A DNA stretch of 64,000 nucleotides from Hemiscyllium ocellatum. Its lineage: Eukaryota. The stretch lies in the NCBI RefSeq assembly GCF_020745735.1, contig NC_083426.1, forward strand, positions 12,834,001 to 12,898,000. The letters are read 5' to 3'. Below the pieces are notes generated by a model. The model worked only from the letters and a program-made list of their open reading frames with translations, did not search any database and was not told where the DNA came from. The position numbers were made by a program, and so were the translations under genes. Below are positions 56,585 to 64,000 of the stretch, piece after piece. Numbering within the stretch: position 1 is the stretch's first letter; each line of letters opens with the position of its first letter.

Positions 56585-57110
56585 TTGACAAGTTCAGAAG
56601 CTGAGGAGAGTTTGTTTTGTTATTCATTTGTGGGATGTGGGGGTTGCTGGCTACTCAGCATTTATTACGTGTCCCTAGCTGCCCTTGGGATGATGGTGGT
56701 GAGCTATCTACTTGAATTACTGCAGTCCCTGTGCTATAAGAGAGACCCATGATGCCAACAGGAAGGGCATACCAGGATTTTGACCCAGCAACACTGATTG
56801 AATGGCAATGATGAGTGGCTTGGAGGGGAACTTGCAGGTGCTGGTGTTCACAAATATCTGCTGCCCTTGTCCTTGCAGATGGAAGTGGTCATGAGTTAGA
56901 AAGGTGCTGTCTGAAGATCTTTGGCAAATTTCCAGTGCATCTTGTGGATAGCAAACACTGCTGTGACCGAGTGTTAGTGGTGGAGGGATTGAATGTAAGT
57001 GGGCCCTATGTCCTGGATGGTGTCAAGTTTCTTGAGTGTTGTTGGAGCTGAACACATCCAGGCAAGTGGGGAGCATTCCATCAGACTCCTGCCTTGTGCC
57101 TGAGTCTCTA
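56585..57110. mobile_element. Decayed interspersed repeat, probably a LINE 3' fragment; family not assigned
   Basis: Resembles a common elasmobranch repeat recalled from memory; no diagnostic ORF. Confidence 0.35.
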
Positions 57111-57599
57111 ACCAAGTTTGTGCCTTGTAGCCTATGGGGAGACAGGAGGTGGGTTACTTACTGCAGTACCTGGAGAAGAGAGGTTGATGAACAGCAGATC
57201 CTGCAAAGCAGAAGGGTCATCTCAGTTAACCTCGTGGACAGCGGTCTTTCCTGTTTCTTTTCCCTCCACCCACAGCACCAATGTTTTTGTCTATGTCAGT
57301 CTGCATGTGTGCGTGTAGGGACTGCATCATAAGGAGGTTAGGGTTTTACTTGGTTGAGTTGAATGTCAACAATTTGTAGTTGTTTATTTGTGGTTAGAAT
57401 CTATTTATTTGCAATAAATAGCAACTCCTATTAAATCTTGTTGAAACAGGCAGGTAATTTGGAGAATTTTTGAATACTTTGATAAAATCTTTCGCTTTTG
57501 TGGTGAATCTGGGAGTTGGGATTTTGAGTTTCAGTGTTTGACCTCAGTGAGGCTAGAGAGTTCCTTCCAGAATTATGAGAATAGAAAGTGGCTGTCTTA

Positions 57600-59460
57600 G
57601 ACTGTCATTGTTATGGTCTGAGGTCCTTTACAAAACTGGGTAACCTCTCATTTCACCTACGTTTTTTTTGTACAAGGTGTCCACCCTTTCTTTGTAGCAT
57701 CTTGACTTTGTAGACATTGCTTATCTTTTCTTAATGGTGTCATCCAGGGCGTTTTATGCACCACATCTCCAATTTGTATCAGTGGATTTTTGTTCTCAAT
57801 TCATTTGTATATCTGCACCAAAGCAGACAGATATTTTACCTCAACTTTGTTTCGTTTAGAGGTTCTGTTCATCATCAATGATTAAATTATTGCAGAAATT
57901 GTTTGTTTCCATGCTGTACAGCTCTATGACTCCATAAATCAATTAATTGTCTTCCTTGGTTGTCTTACCTGAAGACTCCTATTTTTTGAGATGATATCCA
58001 TTATGTTTGTTGAGACTCTTCTTTGGAAGTTAAGGAGGTCGGATATTCTACATGACCCTCTCCCTTCGTCATCACCTCAGAATCTAACTTGAATTTGCTG
58101 TTTGTAATTGTTCACGCCGCTAAGTTGCAATATGACTCAATTCAGTCTCCGTTGTGTCAATTGTCTGAAGTGGTATGTACTATTCAGTTGTTGCTTCTTC
58201 ATTTTCCTTATTTCTTGAACTTTGCTGTCAATTAGAATTTCAACTCCTTTCAGTGTTGATTGCAGTGGATTCTTTTCTTTTGCCAAGCCAGTTTGTCACA
58301 ATTTTTCATCTAATTGATAGTATAAAACAACCTTTTATTCTTGTATAATTAACTTTGGGGGATTCTGATTTTTTTTTCCTTCTTCTCCCCCATGATCTTA
58401 AGGAGCCCTCCCAAATCCTCCACTGGCTGCTTTTTCTGTGTGTTTTTGACTGGACTTGCCTTCTCCAGCTATTCTTTGACATGTTGGTGTTTAACCATTT
58501 TCACCATAAAAATGAGATTCTGGTTAAGACACTCCTTTCTGCTCAGATTAAGAATCCCTGTTACCAAACTGTGTTTTCTAATAGTTGTAATACTATAATC
58601 TGTGAAGCATCACTGGATTCGAAATGTTCATCTCTACAAATGACGCCAGTCCTGCTTTACTTCTCCAGCATTCGTTGTTTTTATTCCAGATTTCCAGCAC
58701 TTACAGTTTTTTGTATTTATTTTTCTAATATCTGATGTTGCTTATGGTGGAGAGACACATATAGCATGTGGTTATATTTAAGCCAGATATCATCAGTGTT
58801 TATTCCGCAAAAGCTTGCCATGTCATCAGATTCTGACACTTCCCATTATATGTAACTTGAAATTCATGAGACTGACAAAAAATGTGAGCATGCCAGATTA
58901 TTTGGTCAGGTCACCAATATCTCTGTAGGAAAACTTTGGGTTTATCTTCTACAGCAGAATTTTCTATCTCGTTTACCTCTTTGTTTGTGTAGCTCTTTGC
59001 TTTGTTGTGGCTGCATTGTACTTCGTTATCCATTTTTTTGAAAGAGACGACATTGATCCTAATAGCATTTAGTTTTAAAGCTGGGTACGGTTTGTGTTAA
59101 TGAGGTTTGCTGCACCACAATGTTGGCAAGGAATTCACATATCTGCCCCAACCACCACATTGGCTTATCATGTGTCTTTTTTCTGATTCTGTATATGAAG
59201 AGTAGAATGTACTCTGAAGGTCTGACGGATGGAGTTTGATCTTCTCCCCTGAGGATTGATTGGTGTTCACCTGCAATAAAAATTCGTCAGTAATGACTAC
59301 AACATTTTGGTACCTTATGAATTCTAACTTTAAATCAGCATTGTCATACTTCTTCACTGATTTGTAGAGGTCATAAACAAATCATCAAAGAGTCCCCTGC
59401 AGTTTGCATTCTTCCACTAAATCTTAATCTTCCAAAATTTTATTAGTTCCAAGGTGGAAA
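57600..59460 (-). mobile_element. Heavily decayed Ty3/Gypsy gag-pol relic
   Basis: Frame-corrected QTAGDSFDDFVYDLYKSVKKYDNADLKLEFIRYQNVVVITDEFL resembles the vertebrate Gypsy gag core. A degenerate Cys knuckle and an RT-N-terminus-like peptide follow. Confidence 0.5.
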
Positions 59461-59764
59461 CATTATCAAAGGCTCATAATATTTCTGCAAATGTGAGTGT
59501 TGTGTTTCTTTCTCCCGTTTAGTGAACGATATTATCATTGGTTATAGTCCCATTTTTTTCCCCTGTAGCACATTCGGTCCATCAACTCCATGCTGGTCAG
59601 AAACAAGTTCTAACTATTCTAATCTGATTTTCCACCACTTGGCTCACAGCTTTGTCATTATAAATGCACATCTAAATACTTCTTTAAAATACTATAAATA
59701 TTCCTGCTTCTATCACCTTTCCAGTTTCCCAGCATCCTCCAGGTGAAAATGGTTTTTCTCATCG

Positions 59765-60032
59765 CTCAGCACGGTGGCTCAGTGGTTAGCACTGCTGCCT
59801 AACAGCACCAGGAGCCCAGGTTCAATTCCTACCTCTGGCAAACTGTGGAGTTTGCACATTCTCCCCGTGTCTGCATGGTTTCCTCCCACAGATTAGATAA
59901 ATTGGCCATGCTAAATTGCCCGTAATATTAGGTGCAGGGGAATGGGTCTGGTTGAGTTGCTCTTCAGAGGGTTGGTGTGGACTTGTTGGGCCAAAGGGTC
60001 TGTTTCCACACTGTAACGAATCTGATCTAATC
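59765..60032 (+). mobile_element. HE1-like SINE, internally deleted
   Basis: A/B boxes and GGGCCAAAGGGTCTGTTTCC 3' end. Confidence 0.8.
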
Positions 60033-60149
60033 TTTATTCCTTCCCTTAAATTTACGCCCAGGTCATCGATCCCTCCATCAAGGAGAAAGAATTCTTCTGA
60101 TCTACTTTATCTATACCCCTCAATTTTATGCATCTCAATCATGTCTCCT

Positions 60150-60610
60150 TTCAATCTACTCTGCTCTAAGGAAAACAACTCCAGTCTGTCCAAACTCTCT
60201 TCATAAAAGGAAACTCTCCAGTCCAGGCAATATCTTGGTAAATCCCCTCTGCACCCTCTTTAATACTATCACATCCCTCCTATGATGTGGATTCCAGATC
60301 TGCTCTTCGACTCTGACCTAGGCAAAGTGTTATACAGCTCCAGAAAAAAAAACCCTGCTCTTAAGCTTAATACCTCAGCTAATAAAGACAAGTATCCCAT
60401 AAGGCCTTCTTAACCACTTTATCCAGCTGTCCTGCTATCTTAAGAGACTGGTGTCCTTATGTACCAAGGTCCCTCTGATCCTTGGTTTTTCCCAGGATCC
60501 TACTGTTCATCATTGATTCCCTTGTCTTGTTTGTCCTGCCTAAGTGCATCACCTCACATTTATCCTGAATAAATTCCATTTGCCGTTGATCATCCCATCT
60601 GACCAGGATT
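60150..60610 (-). mobile_element. Decayed CR1 fragment
   Basis: WDDQRQMEFIQDKCEVMHLGR on the minus strand. Confidence 0.65.
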
Positions 60611-61309
60611 GAGTGTAGGCACAAATATTTAAATTTATGACTACATTCAATACTCATAATAATAAGTATCTGTTTCTTTTGAAGTCCTCTGGGTTATCAT
60701 CATGTTAGTTGCATTGATTCTGTTAAATTAAATAACATCACATGCTGATCACCATATCTTGTAAATGTGTGGGTTCTTCAGAGCTTTCTGCATGTGTGTG
60801 CGTGCAAGAGAGAGAGAGAGTATGGCCTACTTCTGGTCTAAAGAAAGAGGGTAAGAAAGATGTAGTTTATTGCATTCCTTCAACTATAAATAGACTCAAC
60901 GTTACGACAAAAACTAGTGGAATTAGCCTGAGGTCTGACACACACAAGATCCTGCTCAACCCTCCCACCTCAAAGCATCAAAGTGTGATAGCATGTATTG
61001 CACTCAGTCAGTTCTAACCCGTACCAGCAATCCCTGGATCTACTGAGAATTACCCCCAGCACCACGTCCCTAATTCTCCATACACCTTCTCTAGATTAAC
61101 CCCATCCTGCAAGACTCCACCTCTCCTCTGGATAATCTTTTGTACTGGGGGGGGGGGGGGCCTGGAGATTTGTCATTGCCCTGTAACAGACATGACCTTC
61201 CCCGTGGCACTGCCAAACTCAGATGCTGCTGGTCTCTGATTAACCAGGATGTGCCTCCACTCAGGTCCTAACTCCAGCAGAGAGCCCACCTTCGCAGACT
61301 GCCATGATT

Positions 61310-61420
61310 TGGAAGTGCTGGTGTTGGACTGGGGTGGACAAAGTTAAAATTAAACAACACCATGTTGTAGTCCAACAGGCTTATTTGGAAACACCAGCTT
61401 TCGGAGCGCTGCTCCTGATA
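61310..61420 (-). mobile_element. Penelope family 2 terminal fragment
   Basis: Reverse complement of the family 2 terminal repeat, truncated before CUGAUGA. Confidence 0.7.
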
Positions 61421-61734
61421 TCACAAGAATGTGGTACTCTTTCCTGAAAATGCTCTTATAAAACATGAACTTATTTCAAAACTGGGACATTCCTGACTCT
61501 CAGATATTTCGCAAATGTACTTGTTACAGTAAGTTCTAATATTTTCTCTGATCGGAAATGAAACTTGCATTTGTGAGAAGCCAATGAAGCAACTTCTGGA
61601 AGAGGAATCTGGACTCAGAATCACATGGCAGCAGAGTTAATTCATGAAATTAACACATTTAGTAATAAATGCGAAAGGCTTTTCATGTCCACTTGACCTA
61701 GTTTTTAATAAAAGAAAATTCATTCTGTGTCAGG

Positions 61735-62290
61735 ACTAGATGTGGTAAATGCAGAAAAGGTGTTCCCAATGATCAGAGTATCCAGAATCAGGGTGCAGTC
61801 GAACAATAGGACGAGGCCATTTCAGACTCAGATGAGGAGACACGTCTTCATCCAGAGGGTGGAGAGCACTTGAATTCTCTGCCACTGGAAAACGGCTGAG
61901 ATCAAAACATTGAAAGTTGAACCTGAGGGGCAACTTACATTCAAACACACAGGGTAGTACGCATATGGAATTAGCTGCCAGTGCAAGTGGGTGAGGTGGG
62001 TACATTAACAACATTTAAAAGGCATTTGGGAAAATGCATGGATTGAAAAGGTTTAGAAGGATATAGGCCAAGTGCAAGGAAATGGGGTTAGCATGGATAG
62101 ACATTTTGGTCAGCAAGGGCCTGTTTCCATGCTGGAGAACTCTATAACTCTAAGGAGTAAGGCATAGTTCTTACGACTAAAGGGATCCAAGGATATGGGG
62201 AGAAAGTGGGAACAGGTTACTGAATTGGATGATCTGCCATGATCATATTGAATGATGAAGCATGCTAGAAGGGCTGAATGGCCTATTCCC
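61735..62290 (+). mobile_element. Decayed CR1 3' end fragments
   Basis: GGGCCTGTTTCCATGCTG...CTCTATAACTCTA tail at about 62115-62152. Confidence 0.6.
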
Positions 62291-62551
62291 ACTCCTATAG
62301 TCTGTATTTTTAAACAAGCGTTTCACTTCAGGGCGAGCTTAAAAATAATGTAATGTTAGGGATAGAAAGGTCTAACAGTTGGGAAAGCAGCAAACGAGAT
62401 GATAGCATGATCTTGGCAGTGGTCCAGGAGCCTCTAGTGGCAAGGCTACCAGGTAGTTGTTGGGATGAAAACAGAAATAGCTGGCAAATCTCAGCAGGTC
62501 TGGTAGCACTTTTGGGAAGAAAGCAGAGCTAACGATTTGAGTCCAGTGAAA

Positions 62552-64000
62552 ACTGATAGCAGATACCTTTACATCGAGCCTCCTCCTGGGTGGTCCGCCC
62601 TGGCGACTTATTTTTTCCGCCAGGTGCGTAACCTCAACTACGACACACAGCTCCTGTTCGTCGACCATGACGGTTTGGAGGCCACCCTTAAGGCGCTGCC
62701 TGTCTTTTACCAGGACCTGATCACTGTCTGGAACATGGTCGAATCGCGCTGCTCCTACCCTCCAGCAGGAGTAGCGGCTGTCGTCAGGGAGCCATTGCTC
62801 AGGAATCCGCACCTCCGTGCTCGCGGGTTCGAGTGGCTGTCAAAGGGGAGGGCCGTGGTGGCGAGAGTGACCAGGGTCGGGGACGTGCTGGATGCCGGGC
62901 GCCTGGGCTGGACGCAGCGAGCAGGGCAGCGGTAGACGTCCGGTATGTGGCCACCGCCATCCGATGCCTTAAAACGGCTGTGCTCGGACCCGACATAGTG
63001 CACCAGTTGGAGGATGCTCAGGTGTGCGGTGGGATCCCGTCCGTGCTCACCCCAGCCCGGACGGAATTTCACATTGGCCCCAAGGTCCCGTACTTCTCGC
63101 GGGAGCCTGTGCCCCACAACCTGAGCCGCCTCCAGAATTTTACTTTTGTCCCTTTCAAGGACGTAAAAAGGCGGGCCCTGTATCGACTGCTGCTGCAGAC
63201 CGTCCACCTCTTCTCCCTCATCCACTGTCCGGACACGCCTTGGCGTGCCCATTTGCCGCCGGGCGGTGGGGATCTCTACGCGGGAGTCCTCCCCCTTTCT
63301 CTTGGGGATCTGGGGTGGAGGATGCTGCACGCAGCAGTCCCCTGCAACCATAGGTTGCGGTGGTTCATGGACTCCCAACCCAACTGCTTGTTCTGTGGCG
63401 CTGTGGAGTCCGTGGACCATGTGTATATTGGGTGTGGGTGTTTGCCCTCCCTTTTTGATTTTCTCAACAACCTTCTCCTCTGCTTTTGGTTGCACTTCAG
63501 TCCCACGCTCCTGATCTTCGGGCACCCGGTTCGGAGGAGGGAGGGCAGGTCTGAAGACCTCCTCATGGGTCTGCTCCTGGGCCTGGCCAAACTGGCCATA
63601 AACAGGTCCAGGCAGCGGGCCGTGGAGGGGGTCGTTAGGGCCGACTGCCTGCCCCTCTTCCGCGGTTACGTTAGGGCCCGGGTGTCCTTGGAGAAGGAGC
63701 ACGCAGTGTCCACCAACACCCTGGAGTTGTTCAGGGAGAGGTGGGCGCCGCAGGGAGTGGAGTGCATTATTTCCCCCTCCAACTCTATTTTGATTTAGTC
63801 CCTGCCCTCCCCTTCACTGTTTGATCATACAGCATTGCCCTTTGACATGAAGGGCACTGCTTGTCACTGGCCACCCGGGTGTTTTCCTATCTTCCTGGTG
63901 GTGGGAGTTGAATAAAGATTTGTGCACTTTGTGTCTCTCACTGTGTCTCACACCTGCACACACACACCATGGGTGCTGGGGAAAAAATAAGCACTACCGC
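62552..64000 (+). mobile_element. Tx1-like (L1 clade) non-LTR retrotransposon, 5'-truncated ORF2 plus 3'UTR
   Basis: GC-rich. About 410 codons with one frameshift near 62915, ending at TAG 63798. zf-RVT motif DLGWRMLH...CLFCGAVESVDHVYIGC; AATAAA at 63911. Confidence 0.85.

Noticed and set aside
62755-63702. 315-aa minus ORF
   Set aside because: Antisense shadow of the GC-rich Tx1 ORF2.
1-64000. CRISPR array, rRNA, prokaryotic operons
   Set aside because: None seen. Recurrent short repeats are TE termini, not regularly spaced repeat-spacer units, and the DNA is spliced eukaryotic sequence.

Overview
Vertebrate genomic DNA, most likely from a cartilaginous fish. This is inferred from HE1-type SINEs, CR1/HER1-type LINEs and Penelope remnants; a carpet or bamboo shark is plausible but unproven. 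The window holds two tandem, + strand, apparently intact Ig-superfamily inhibitory receptor genes, reconstructed by hand from GT-AG exons. Gene A (9096-35407, 9 coding exons, 625 aa) is SP-V-C2-V-C2-S/T stalk-TM-cytoplasmic tail. Gene B (44262-54114, 7 coding exons, 414 aa) is SP-V-C2-stalk-TM-tail. The V domains carry the CD300/pIgR/TREM-type extra YWC..C disulfide, the C2 domains are FcR-like, and both tails have 3 ITIMs plus a terminal Tyr motif. This architecture recalls the skate modular domain immune-type receptors (MDIRs). Gene A gained its second V-C2 module by an internal tandem duplication whose junction is readable at about 22108. Comparing the paralogs exposes many polymorphic insertions with target-site duplications: CR1 LINEs (one near full-length, carrying a solo LTR), SINEs, a Tigger-like MITE, and three Penelope-like families, each with its own minimal hammerhead ribozyme motif. 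The last 8 kb hold a decayed Gypsy relic and a young 5'-truncated Tx1-like LINE. No rRNA, tRNA gene or CRISPR array was found. All coordinates and counts were read by hand. No database search was run.
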